Positions 30,901 to 57,200 of a DNA stretch of 64,000 bases are shown in pieces. Source of the stretch: Hormiphora californensis. Taxonomy: Eukaryota; Animalia; Ctenophora. The notes under the pieces were generated by a model. The model was not told where the DNA came from, did not search any database, and worked only from the letters and a program-made list of their open reading frames with translations. The stretch lies in NCBI GenBank assembly GCA_020137815.1, contig CM035351.1, positions 7,564,001 through 7,628,000 on the forward strand. Direction: 5' to 3'. How positions within the stretch are numbered: the stretch's first letter is position 1; each line of letters opens with the position of its first letter. Position numbers and translations under genes: made by a program.

Positions 30901-31430
30901 ATTGCCTAGCTCGATCCCCGTAAAGGGAGGGTTAGAACATAACAAAGAATTCAATGAAGTTTATAGTGGACAAACTTCACAAAATACACAATCACCAGGG
31001 CTGATGAATTTCTTAATTTTCAAAAAGATTAATGAGTCTCAGGACTCGTATGAGGGGCGTCTGTCACATGATAGACACCGTTTGACAGTTAATTATACCG
31101 ATATTCCATATTTCCCTAGAACCAAACTTTTAATCCCTTTGCCGTTTGCCGAACTATTAATTGTGCCCCAAACCACCCACGAAGCTGCCAAAATCAAATT
31201 TTGCTATTGAATTTGTTGGCTATATCTTATGTCAATCTGATAATGAGAAGGTACATGACCGCCCTAAATGTTCAATCAACTTTATTGTTACAGCATGATG
31301 TTTAGTTTCTTTAATTTCCCGGCTTTGTGTGTTCCGTGTTTGTGTAGAAAATGTGGCCGCATGCACACACACACAGTGTGACACAATTAGGGGAGGGAAG
31401 ATGGGTACCAATTCGATCACCGCCTTGCAG

Positions 31431-31526
<96 letters not shown>

Positions 31527-31667
31527 TGTAGAGATAGATAGAGCTACAGAGAGATAGTGATATAACTAGATAGCTATGGAGAAAGAGGAGTGGAGAGCGT
31601 GGGTTTTTGGAACATGAGAATACCCCTTACCACGTCGTCATGGCAACACATCTCTCTCACCCCCCCT

Positions 31668-31765
<98 letters not shown>

Positions 31766-34719
31766 TCTCTCTCTCTCTCTCTCACCCCCCCCTCTCTCTC
31801 TCACCCCCTCTCTCTCTTCTCTCTCTCACCCCCTCTCTCTCTTCTCTCTCTCTCTCTCTCTTCTTCCCCTCACTTATGAGTTATGACTGTGGTCCTCTCT
31901 CTCTATATATATCGCTGTGTCTCTCTCACCCCCCCCCCCCCCTCAGAAACAGATATCACTAACACCCTCCAACTAAACGTGTCCATAATAAACAGAACCC
32001 ATCCCAGTAGAGCAGCCAACTGCTAAGCCCCAGACTCCATCCGGAACTGGGCCCCCTCTAACTAACCTATCCTTGACGTTGTCTCCACAGTACGGGAAAT
32101 AGGGATCAATCTTCTCACTGAGCGCTTTTTCAATGACCCTCGAGGCAGAATCAAAGAACGCTCTGAAGTCTTGGGATGTCATGATTTGGCTTTTTTGATC
32201 GTCAGTCAACTCCTGCATCTTGACCTCTGAAGCAGGGAATAGAGGGTGAGTTGTATCGTATATCATATCTATTGTCGACCTGGTGAGCTATTCTAGAGGG
32301 GAATTACCAAACTAATGAAGCTGAGCGGGGCATGATTCATTGAAAAATCTGATTTAGATATGATGTGAGCGAATATTTCATAAATAAATATATGTCGATG
32401 TCGACAGTTAATGGTCTGGGATTGATTAGATGTATGTCTATGAACTGGCAGTTTGGAATTGATATATTTTTGACAGTTTATCAAGATAAAGGGGGGACCC
32501 AACTTCCCCCGACACGTACAACTTCCCCTTATTGGTGCATTTTAAATTGAACGGACGGGGAATCCCGATCCATCAAAGGGTATAGAGAGAGAATACCGGG
32601 GGAACCAATCTATCAAGGGGTATTAAAATGAACCGGAGAATTTGTTGGACAGTTCATTAAAATAAAAGTTCGACTATCAATTGTATGCTATTAATACATA
32701 GTAGTTATAATTCTTGTATAGTTGCCTATATATTTGGTAATGAAATTACCCCTCTGATATTATTGCTCATGGAATATCAGGGGTGACTTCGTAACCAACC
32801 TATATACAGGGTGTCCCATATATTCTCCGGGTCGGTTGGCGAGCTGTCACGCAAAAACGGTGATAGTTGTGTGAAAACAAACTGCGGGAGTGTGCTGGAT
32901 TAATTCCTTCCTAACTGATGGCTTTGTTTTAAAATTAAATTTCAAAAGTTCATTTTTCATGAATGAACATTGCTGCCGTTCATTCATGAATTCTGAAATA
33001 TTGTTTACCTTGAGTAAGTAACTTTTCTTTGGCTCGCAATTATCTTTCCATTGAGCACCATAAAACTCAAATTGAAGCACCAGGTCACATGACAGTTGAG
33101 AAAATGAACATGCATGATTTTGGCTCTTTTTGCGACTTTCAATCGGCTGTATCACCGCTACCTTACCTTCAATCTTTTTGAAACTTTGGGTGAACATTGG
33201 ATAAGCAAAGATCTTTGCTCACAAGAAAAATCAAGGTCAAAACTCAAAGTTCATTTTTAAGTTTTGGTAGTTCATTCCACTCATTCAGGAACCAACAACC
33301 CTAAAGTGATGGAAAAGTGTTGGATTTTGTTTGGCCAATGTCCTGCAATGACAGAGAGGTGTAGTAACGTGTTTCCGGGCTAGTTAGTGGGTGTCCATGT
33401 GATCTTGGTGATACCTGACACCTTCACTGAGCAATAATCAAGGCATTTTCTCGAATTAAAGCATGTGATTCGGGTCTACTGCGATTGGTATCGTGCAGCA
33501 ATCTTGAGAGATCACATAGCACCTCAAAAATGATGATAAGTTCAATAAATTGAGTTGATTTATGATCAATAAGATTAAAACCGATGCCACATTGAACTCA
33601 ACGACCATTTTCGATCATAAATCAACTCATTTCATTGAACTAACCATCATTTTCGAGGGGCTATGAGATCTCTTAACATTGCTGCACGATACCAATCGCA
33701 GAAAATCCAAATCACATGCTTGAATTCGTGATAATCCCTTGATTATTGCTCAGTGAAGGTGTCAGGTATCACCAAGATCACATGGACACCCACTAACTAG
33801 CCCGGAAACACGTTACTACACCTCTCTGTCATTGCAGGACATTGGCCAAACAAAATCCAACACTTTTCCATCACTTTAGGGTTGTTGGTTCCTGAATGAG
33901 TGGAATGAACTACCAAAACTTAAAAATGAACTTTGAGTTTTGACCTTGATTTTTCTTGTGAGCAAAGATCTTTGCTTATCCAATGTTCACCCAAAGTTTC
34001 AAAAAGATTGAAGGTAAGGTAGCGGTGATACAGCCGATTGAAAGTCGCAAAAAGAGCCAAAATCATGCATGTTCATTTTCTCAACTGTCATGTGACCTGG
34101 TGCTTCAATTTGAGTTTTAAGGTGCTCAATGGAAAGATAATTGCGAGCCAAAGAAAAGTTACTTACTCAAGGTAAACAATATTTCAGAATTCATGAATGA
34201 ACGGCAGCAATGTTCATTCATGAAAAATGAACTTTTGAAATTTAATTTTAAAACAAAGCCATCAGTTAGGAAGGAATTAATCCAGCACACTCCCGCAGTT
34301 TGTTTTCACACAACTATCACCGTTTTTGCGTGACAGCTCACCAACCGACCCGGAGAATATATGGGACACCCTGTATGTATCGCCTTTATATCGCTCAATA
34401 ATTTCTCCCTGTTTTTCATACCTCCAGGTTTGTTGCCCATGCTTGATCATAGATTAGATGATAGCTTCAGTAGGGTATAATAAACCACCTAGTAACTTAT
34501 AACTTTATGCTACAGTCTCAAAACTTACCTTCCTCCTCTATATCTTTGTTGTCAATCTGAGCTGTTTCTGCCTTTTCTGCCTCCTCCTCCTTGCGTTTCT
34601 TCTCCTCCTCCTCCCGCGCTAGCTTTTCCTCTAGCTCTACAGCAGGGGTAGGTTAATTGAGAGAAAGGAAGGAGAGGATAAATTAAATTGAGAGGAGAGA
34701 GAGAGAGAGAGAGAGAAAA

Positions 34720-34795
<76 letters not shown>

Positions 34796-35817
34796 GTGAA
34801 TAGAAAGAGAGGCAGGTACGTGTGTACAATACCCCGTGTCCCAATAGAACTAATTGAATGTCTGTGTACAACACACTGCATGAGGCAAAGAATAGGGAGG
34901 GAGAATTCAGAATATAAATTAAGTGGGTGTTAATAATTAATATAAAAATTGTCGTATACATTTCTGGTACGCTGTTTAACATGAACGTCAAACAAACAAA
35001 CAAACAGACAAACAAACCTCTGACTGCTTGCTGAAGGGCAGATTCGTCCGTTTGAGTTATTTTCTCGTACTCTATCAGCTGAGCCGGATTAATGTCGATC
35101 TGATCTCCGCGGGTTTTGGATAACTTCGGTACACGATACCTAAACGAGCTAGGTTTGGCGCATGAGAAACAATATGTACATACAGCACACATAACTCACT
35201 TCCTTACTAGTGTTACCATGTGAATAATAAATGTGTAATTTGGGATTCAATATTTCCAGTAAATGGCTACCTAACATTATCGTTGGTTGCGTTAGGGGTA
35301 GTATTGTTGGGGGTGGTAGGGGTGGCGCCTGCTGATGAGGATGTAACAGCAGCTACCTCGTTATCAGGTGGAGCTGCTACTTGATTCCTAACATCTGAGG
35401 AGAGAGTTGTGAATTAATTAAAGATACTCGGATAGATGTTCTATGAACCAGTAACCGATTCGTATAGATTTTTATTGTTGCCTGACACTGTGTCCGTGGT
35501 AAGTATGTAGTATGAACAATTCGATAATTTACCGGGTATATCAGAAAGAAGCGACTCTACATCCTCTGTTGTTGTCGTCGTTGTAGGTCCCATGGCGGTC
35601 CTCTGAAACAATGGTTTTTAACTTGCAATACAGATCATATCATGAATGAATTAAATACAGATAGTAAATATATATGTAGTTTATGAAAGCAGTAAAATTA
35701 TCGTCTACCTACCGTTCTTTCCTGGGCTTGTTTCTCCGCCCGAGCTTTACGGGTCTGTTTCAACTGAGCGAGTCGCTCTTTCTTCTGCCTCAGCATATCT
35801 TTAACGTCGTCCGCCAT
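24927..35817 (-). CDS. DYNC1I: Cytoplasmic dynein 1 intermediate chain, multi-exon WD40 protein; apparent +1 indel near 26143
   Basis: N-terminal coiled coil [20 protein letters not shown]; [13 protein letters not shown]; [27 protein letters not shown]; [12 protein letters not shown]; [27 protein letters not shown]; [11 protein letters not shown]; [10 protein letters not shown]. Confidence 0.96.
26744..27552. mobile_element. G-run/C-run-terminated MITE with TTAACAAAA subterminal repeats
   Basis: GGGGGGTGCGACATGTTAA...TTAACATGTCGCCCCCCCCCC with 7-bp TSD TACAAAC. Confidence 0.8.
28185..29379. mobile_element. Merlin-like foldback element filled with a palindromic AAAGCGCT(TT/AT) satellite
   Basis: TIR GGTAATATGGTAGTTCTGGGCT / AGCCCAGAACTACCATATTACC with 8-bp TSD CAATTTCT (28177-28184, 29380-29387). 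GG termini plus an 8-bp TSD are typical of Merlin. Confidence 0.8.
29514..29545 (-). pseudogene. tRNA 3'-half/B-box remnant
   Basis: Minus strand reads GGTTCGAATCCCGCTGACGCCA; no 5' half found. Confidence 0.5.
31434..31860. repeat. Opposed (AG)n (31434-31520) and (CT)n (about 31673-31860) tracts
   Basis: Direct reading. Confidence 0.95.
32807..34373. mobile_element. 1.57-kb Tc1/mariner-type foldback element in a DYNC1I intron
   Basis: TA|CAGGGTGTCCCATATATTCTCCGGG...CCCGGAGAATATATGGGACACCCTG|TA. Near-perfect inverted arms of about 630 bp and a degenerate palindromic centre. No transposase. Confidence 0.9.
34695..34790. repeat. (AG)n microsatellite
   Basis: Direct reading. Confidence 0.95.
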
Positions 35818-36261
35818 GGTTCACTACTGACTATTATATGGCAAATGTTATGGTGTAGATGGTGTCCTACTGTGCGATGCACATTTGGTTTTTTGCCATC
35901 ACTCGCAAAACGCTCAACATCACTTCAAAGCACGCTCGTCGTACTGTGTGACAGTGGTGTTCCGTCATATTGGCCACACGCACAACACACCCCCCATGCG
36001 TCCCCAGCGTTCAAAACTAACATTTCATGCCATTTTGCACTTTTCGGACGCTCGGAAGTCGGATCCACACTGGGAACGACGCATGGGGGCACTGAGCACG
36101 TGGCAGATATGGCGGAGCACCACTGTCAGTCGAAACAAATTCGTCGAATTTTAAACAATCTTTGTAGAGAGTTAGAACATAGTAAGGCTAACAGGATATC
36201 TTTGAAAACTTGTTTTATTTTATTGATTGGTTTAAATTTCAGTTTTGCAGGCGTGACCGTA

Positions 36262-36507
36262 ACTTGATGAATAAACTTTATTACATACAACATAACCGGT
36301 GTCAGTATTTTAAACATCCCCCTTTAGCCCGAACCACAAGCACCCAATCCAAGATAGAATTCCCATTATGAGTCCTATAACCCTTAACAGGTGGATTGTC
36401 CGGGTACTGATCTAGCCACCGTCCCAGCAAGACCTTGAACATATCCAATGTCCATGCTGTGTTGACGTCTTTCGGTAATGTATTCCACAACCGTGCGGCC
36501 CTCACCG
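36262..36507 (-). mobile_element. 5'-truncated LINE 3' end (CR1/L2-group ORF2 C-terminus)
   Basis: VRAARLWNTLPKDV.....LDMFKVLL..WL..YPD.P...GY.....NSILDW is the typical C-terminal motif of CR1/L2-group RT proteins. It is followed by a short 3' UTR with AATAAA. Confidence 0.8.
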
Positions 36508-36619
36508 TGCGTAAAATAAATAATTGGTTAAAAGTTCTTTCAGTTCTCCAAAATCAAATATTCGCTTGTAGATCTATCTTTCAGGCTTCAAGTTCTCTCA
36601 TGCCTCTGTCAGCAATCGG

Positions 36620-36800
36620 GAGAGAACCAGCGCGTTTGAAACGTTTCCGTTTTTTCTCACTTTTAAACAAAAAAAACGCGTTAAAATCAACTATTTTTTT
36701 TACACGCGATCTGACTCGTTTTTACACGCCGTCATACACGCCGCGCTGCGCGGGGTAAAATTGCGCGTTTCATATTTGCGCGTCGTAAAATTGCCAAAAA
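36620..36800 (-). promoter_or_regulatory. CGCG-rich putative promoter of DYNC1I
   Basis: Dense GCGCG/ACGCG cluster with TTTGAA between the FKBP6 3' end and the DYNC1I start. Confidence 0.4.
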
Positions 36801-37044
36801 TAGAATTCTAAATATATGGCGTTGGTGAGTTTAATCATTAAAAACAAAGTAAATAAATATATTTTGAATCAAATTTGTTAAAATATTTAAATATAAACCA
36901 CTGCATGCACGGTGAACTGAGCTGCATGTGCACAGCCACCATGAATTTCAATTTGAAACTGGCATTGCAAAACAGAACACATTTTAAAAACATTAAAATT
37001 TACGATAAAAAAGATGACGATAATAGTCTGTACTTTCATGTTGC

Positions 37045-42706
<5,662 letters not shown>

Positions 42707-43119
42707 GATTGCTATATTTGGATTGGACGCTGTTATTTTAGTGATCACGTGTTAATAATTAATCAGGGCGGAATTACACGTGATAAAGAATGTCGGGAGA
42801 GTAAATGATAAAACATGAGATAAATAATATATTTGTCTTCACAGTCTCTTTTTCGGCCAGTTAGCTCGAAACGATGGCTGACCCGCCCATCAGACTCGAC
42901 GGAGAGAAATATCATAAGCACATAAGAACTAAGCTGGTGAATTTCAACTTGTTCAAACTATCTCTCTCTAACGTCACATGAAGAACAACATAGTGGACTC
43001 GACACGTACACTGGAAATCCTTCTGTGGAATAGATTATCGAGGAAAAGCGGAGGAAAGATTGAAATTTCCTAGAATTCAATGTATCACAAAGAAAATAAC
43101 ATCCAGCTCGGGGGCCCTT

Positions 43120-51002
<7,883 letters not shown>

Positions 51003-51080
51003 CGTCGGCCGGCCGTAATTAGCAGGAGATAATTTGAGAGTCTTCTGCTTCCTGAAAATGGGGATGGAATAAAAAATATA

Positions 51081-51086
<6 letters not shown>

Positions 51087-51154
<68 letters not shown>

Positions 51155-51155
51155 C

Positions 51156-51226
<71 letters not shown>

Positions 51227-51243
51227 GAGAGAGAAACAGAGAG
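51087..51243. repeat. (AG)n microsatellite
   Basis: Direct reading. Confidence 0.97.
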
Positions 51244-51541
51244 AAGGAATGACACAACAATAGTTGTGGTTATTAACACAACAATGCACCAACTTTGTGG
51301 TTTGCTAAACCACCTCATTTTACAATTTATCCCAGTATGATCTGTTTTCTCACGGCCCTGAGTGTTGTGTGATCACCGCCCCCTCCTTCTCTCTATTGCT
51401 AACGAGATAATTACCCCACTTTATCCCCGATAAACGGATAATTGAGCTCCCCATGTTTTTTAGATCATAACTCCTGTTCTATCCCACGATCGATATATCG
51501 CTGCGATCATATCATCACTTATATTCTTCTATCTAGTAGCT

Positions 51542-52160
51542 ATGTTGGGCGTCCTCTTCCTTGTCTTGACGGGAATTCGGACAGTCAGCAGCAATGAAGG
51601 TAGGTATTTGACATATTATATTGAATGATACTGTACGTTGCAAACTGGGCTCCCTTGGCAATAATATTTTCTAAATATTTCCCAGATTGGAACAGTATAA
51701 TACCGCGTGATAACAACTGTGACTGCGTCCCAATTGATTTCATCACATCATATCTTGAGTTCAAGTACGATCCAACTACGATCGATTACTTTGTTCTCTG
51801 GCTTAAATTTGATAATGATCCATCATCTACAATTCTACCGGGAAAGATGGCTGCTTTCAAGAATATAATAACCTGGCCGACCACTCCTGTGGCGACCACT
51901 CCTGTCAGTGACAGTCTCCTCACTGATACGACAGTCTGGACAGTAAAAGTCAAGGAGGAGCGAGAGATCGTGATATCTTCTGGAGACTTCACGGCTTCAG
52001 TCAAACTCGGAACAGCAGAAAGTAAGTACTAAATCATGTTTGGTTTCAGTTATTGATAACAAAAGATCCATTTTAGGTGACCCCAGTCGCCCAATCGCCT
52101 ACGGATTCAGTTCTCCTAGTTCTGGTTTCTACCGTCGCGTTATGGAGCAAATCTATAGCG
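51542..52160 (+). CDS. Putative secreted protein; three exons resolved, 3' end uncertain
   Basis: Signal-peptide exon MLGVLFLVLTGIRTVSSNE, phase-1 splice to DWNSIIPRDNNCDCVPIDF...VKLGTAE, then to SDPSRPIAYGFSS...QIYS. No recognised family. Confidence 0.55.
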
Positions 52161-53754
52161 GTGAGGCATGTGTGCTGCTATAACTGCAATCTGCAATCTG
52201 CAGTGCGCATTGTTGCTACGTAGTGCAGCAATTAGGAAACTTTAAGTACCTTACTAAGATATCAGTAATCAGAGAGGGACGTGTACAGGGCTTACACGGT
52301 CCTCTCAGAACTGTTTAGATGTTAGAGGATGGCACACTGAAGTGACAAGAGAGATGAAGTGACAAGAGAGATATAGGACCTAATGTTGACAGATCAAGCA
52401 GGACATGCAGGTTGGTAGTTGTACTTTGTTAAATTAGTTATAACCATTGCAGGTGTGAGTTGTGTATCATAACAGCTCCATACTTTTAGATCAAGTTATT
52501 CGAATGTTGTCGAGGAGACAATCAACAGCAGTGAGATATTTGAGGTGTTTTCTTCTCAGCCATCACCCAAAGTCTCAGCGTTTTGGATCAAGTCTAAAAC
52601 CAGAAGTTTAGGGATATTCAGGAAAATGAGTTCATGATGGAACGAGCAGATCAAATTGGTAGGGTGGTTCCCTGCAAGGGGATCGCTGCTATTCAGCCGT
52701 TGTACACACGGAGGACTCATGTTATCAGCAAATAGTGCCATAATCATGTGAATGAAAGACAATTTCAACTCCTTGAAAGACTTCTAAAGGAACATTAGGG
52801 TCGAATCTTTTAGCTATTTATAACGGAATGATATTTGATGTAGTGTTTAGCGTGAACGAGACAGTTGAGCAGAGGGAGAGAGAGAAGAGGAGTAAAGAAT
52901 TTTTTGGTAATTTATTACAATTTAGTGGAAACAAGAAACAATATAATATATTTTACTTACAAAAGAATATCGAAGCACGCTGTCAGTTTTGCATCTGGAC
53001 ATTTGAAAAGATCATATTCCATTTCATCGTCACTGCCCGGTATCTCCCAGCCATCCCTTGACCACAGATCATCTGGCATCGCCATTATTGCTATATAGGA
53101 TAAACTTCATGAGACTTACGTGAGACAGGGAGTCACAAACAATTTCAATGGACTTCTACTACTCCTACTACTACTACCTCAACTCTATAGTTGCGTGACC
53201 TGCTAGGTTGTGTGTATCGGAAATCAGTTGCCCCCAGGCCACAGAGAAGTGCTATGTTACTTGGTAAATAGATCGGGGATTCCGAGAGACCAGCTAGAGC
53301 GGAGAGCTCTCCGATCTCGAGACATCAATATTGTAGTTTGCACACCAGGGTTACAACTCAATAATATGTTCAAAAGTGTTTCCGTTATATGTATTTATGT
53401 TTCCGTTATATTCATGCATGATATAATGCATCCACTTTAACGTGTTACATTTTGATGTGACTATGTTACACCTAAACGTGTAATAACTTTTAAGGGAAAT
53501 TACTCTTTCTTCTCCATCCTTGCATGCGAAACAGAGGTGAGAGGGGTACAAAAAGTGAAAAAGGTGGTGTCAAATGCATCATACATAGTAAGTATGGACT
53601 ATAGCATTGTTTGCGTTTCGGTATATAAAAGAAATCGCCCGTGGAATTGGTAATGGTTTTCCTATAAAGCACTTCTAAATTGTCATACTACATGACTGAA
53701 ATATTGTGCACAGTTCGAGATGGCAGTCTTTTGTGAGAGGACTTCTAAAAAAAT

Positions 53755-53927
53755 GGGGGGGGGGGGGTGCAGCCCCAAAAAAATTCAAACTTTTTCCGAA
53801 ACCCAGGGTATGTTTAATGTTGAACAAAAAAGTTCAAAAAAAATAAAAAACGATCAAATAAAATAAAAAACGATCAAAAACGGTATGGTTGGTTTTTTTT
53901 TGGGCTGCAACCCCCCCCCCCACCCCC
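53755..53927. mobile_element. Short G-run/C-run-terminated MITE
   Basis: (G)nTGCAGCCCCAAAAAAA...TTTTTTTGGGCTGCAA(C)n. TSD not clear. Confidence 0.65.
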
Positions 53928-54229
53928 ATTTAAATTGTTTCATTCAGTCGTTTATGAAAAAGGGGAAAGAGGTCAGAGAGCGGAAGATTGTGAAAGAGTA
54001 AAAGAGAAAACATGGACCGCAAAGGGTAAGAAACTACTTTGTCGTGATTGCGTTCTACCTACCGCGTCGGCAGGGGAGTCACAGAACAAACATATAAATG
54101 GAACGCTCAAGAAATAATGACTTTAGTTGCGAATACAGCATATTACTTTTGCTATTGCTCGCTCCTGGCCATGAATACATCTGTCAGTAGCATGACGCAT
54201 ATATAACTTTACCACTTGAAGTTCTCAAA

Positions 54230-57200
54230 ATGAGGAAATCGATATTGTTTGTTTGTCTTGTAGTAGACATCTTTACAACAGGTGATTTTGTTGAAATTAA
54301 ACCCTGTCACATTTAAATATTTTAGCTTTTCCATCAATCGGAAGAGTGAAGACTATGACATGAGAGTTAGTATGAGAGTTAGTTTGAGAGTTAGCAAAAT
54401 TTGGAATGTTATTTCATGACGATTTTATTGACATAGTTTTACCTACAGGATTTGCCAATATACAGTTCAACATCGAGGAACGGACTACGACCCAAACGTT
54501 TGTTAAAAGTATAAAAACTGGTACAGTTATTGCTACAATTAATAATAAGGTACACAATTTAATGAACCCTGTCATCGCTCCATTGTGCCGCCTGACACTA
54601 TTTCCGCCTGGCTGCTGACACTATGTGTCTGTGTTCCACTTATTGAGCTTAATATGGTAGAGGAGGTCTACCTCATTCCCAGGGGTATAAGAAGTATCTA
54701 TGTCGCGTGATTACTCTATAATGGCGCCAACGAAACGGGTTGAGATGATACTAGACCCCAGAATCGTTAGACCTAACTCAGCTACTGCTGGTTACTTCAT
54801 ATTACCCTGCCTCAGACGGGTGAAGTATGTCAAGAAAATATAACAGTGGATGTTGGCACTCTCATCTGCAAGTCTATGGGATATACGAAAGCGTTGCACT
54901 TTTACTCGTCCTATGCAGGTTAGTTTTCAGAGGCCCCGCCGATTTGGCCATTACTATTACAATTATTAAACTTAGTTTAATAAACTATAGCCTTTTCCCA
55001 CGAAATCCCCGTTGAATTGAGTAGATGTATAAGAGGCAACTGGCATATCAACCAAGTATTCTAGAATTTCAAGAGGAGCAAATTCTTGCCTTCCCCCTAC
55101 AAAATATTTATTCAGTTTTCAACACAATGTGGTATATTCGGTGTGGTCGGAGTGCTAGAAGTATTAGTGAGTGCGAGATAAAACGTAGTGACTGTCTGGC
55201 TATTGCATTGGCTCTCGTATGTGATACTAATACAGCAGGTAATTGATCAAACGGTGCACACATGTCCTCACTAATCATATTCACCACCTTTCCAGTTTTG
55301 ATTTCTTGTATTGTAGTGAAGTGAATTGGCAACTCTACCTATTTAGCCTTTGGCTTAACTGTTTTAACTTTGCAATAATAAAATAAAAAGGTTTTCTTGT
55401 CAGGTCACGAAGAGGATTGTCCAGTTTTGAATTTCAAAGGATTTCTGAAGCGAATGTGTGTCAAGGACCCTATGTTTGCCATACTCCAGTGCCATAATTC
55501 CAACACAACGTATGCGGTCGCTGATCATAACATTGACATCCACGGTTCTCTGGTAAGGAAATAATATAATTTAAACGCCGACCGAAATTTTTATCTAGTG
55601 CAGGGAAATCTCTCACCGTAGGGTTGTAGGCCATACCAAGGAGACCTCAAATTATATGCAATTCATTATATATAACCCTATGGTGAGAGATTTCCCTTCA
55701 CTCGAAAAAAAATTTCAGTCGGCGTACCCTTAAAAGTGGGTATAATTGTGGGTAACATTTATTGTTGACACCCTCCCCCACCCTTTCTCCTAATTGTCTC
55801 AGGACGAAGCATACAGTGCTGTGTGCGATAAGGACCCTCACTACTACCAGGCGTGTAGCACTACCCAATCACTGGCGAACAGACACACCCATGCTATTTG
55901 TTCAGATTACATCTGTATACCTGACAGTGATAACAACACCAGCATTGTATCTCTACCACGTGAGTAATTCCTTGTTGAAAATCAACCGAAGATTGTGTCT
56001 TTATTGATAACAATTCTGAGTAATATTGCTATGAGTTACACAGATATAACTAATCGATCATCTCTAGGAGGATTTGTATCTTTCATCGCTAGTACGGGTG
56101 AGGCGTGTGGAGTCTATGATTGTTTAAGCAGATACTGCTTGTTCGATTACAAAGAGGTGCAGGTGAGTCTGCTGCGATAAGCGACAACTAAACAAGATAA
56201 TATGTCAAATTAAGTGTACCTGATCCCTTCCACCTCCATGTATGGCCCCTGTAATGAAACATAAATCTCAGATATCTAAACCTTTGCATTGTACCAACAT
56301 CAACCACAAAGAGGAATGTGGAAAGGAGATGATTGAGAAAAGCAACAGCGGAATTCAGTGCAACGGCGTGAGTGTTGTTTGTTTGTTTGTTTGTTTGTTT
56401 GTTTGTTTGTTGTTTTGTTTGAAATGTTACATGTTCCTAGGTGTGTGACGGGGAGTTTTCATGTGAGGACGAGTCTCATTGTAATGGTTTCCACTATGGA
56501 ACAAAGGGATGTATTTGGAATGGGAGGACCAACTATATCAAGGCGTCACGGTAATTACTTTCATTGTACAAACGCCCCAAACACTGCCCTACTTTTATTG
56601 TGATTTTGTTTTACTAATCACTTCATAACCAGAAAACTCTTTATCTCCCACTAGAATGTGCAATTATGGCTCATATTCCATTTGCGAAGACCGGGACGTC
56701 GTCCTGCACCCAGATTGCTTTAAAACCGATTCTGGGCCCTCTTGCATTAATCGAGTGATGAAAGCTAGTTTCAATCTCTCAATACCCGTCCGAATACTCA
56801 ACACAACTAGGTGCTCCATCATCACCTCGGCCAATGAGCCCACGGAACCATACTGTGATGACTACATGGACCAGACCAACTGTTCGGACCCAGATAGGGG
56901 CGTTTTGAGGTTAGATATACGGAGAAATAGCTTGTGTGATTCCCTTATAGAATCTTCTATAGATATAGCTCCACGACGGGATCTGTTCTAAACCACATGT
57001 ACCTTATAATAGGTGTAAGGTTGGAGGTTACTACACCACCATTTCCAAGTACATTATCTGTTCACCCTATGTTGATGTTGTCCTCTGTGACGGTGGAGAG
57101 GATGGAATGTGTGAGAGTCCATCACAAAACTGCAGGTAGCCATGCTTACAATCATTGTGACTGTTACTGTTTCTTTAGTTTGACAGATTAGCAGGTCAGT

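Noticed and set aside
35683-36267. 194-aa plus-strand ORF
   Set aside because: Antisense to DYNC1I exon 1 and its upstream region; no protein-like features.
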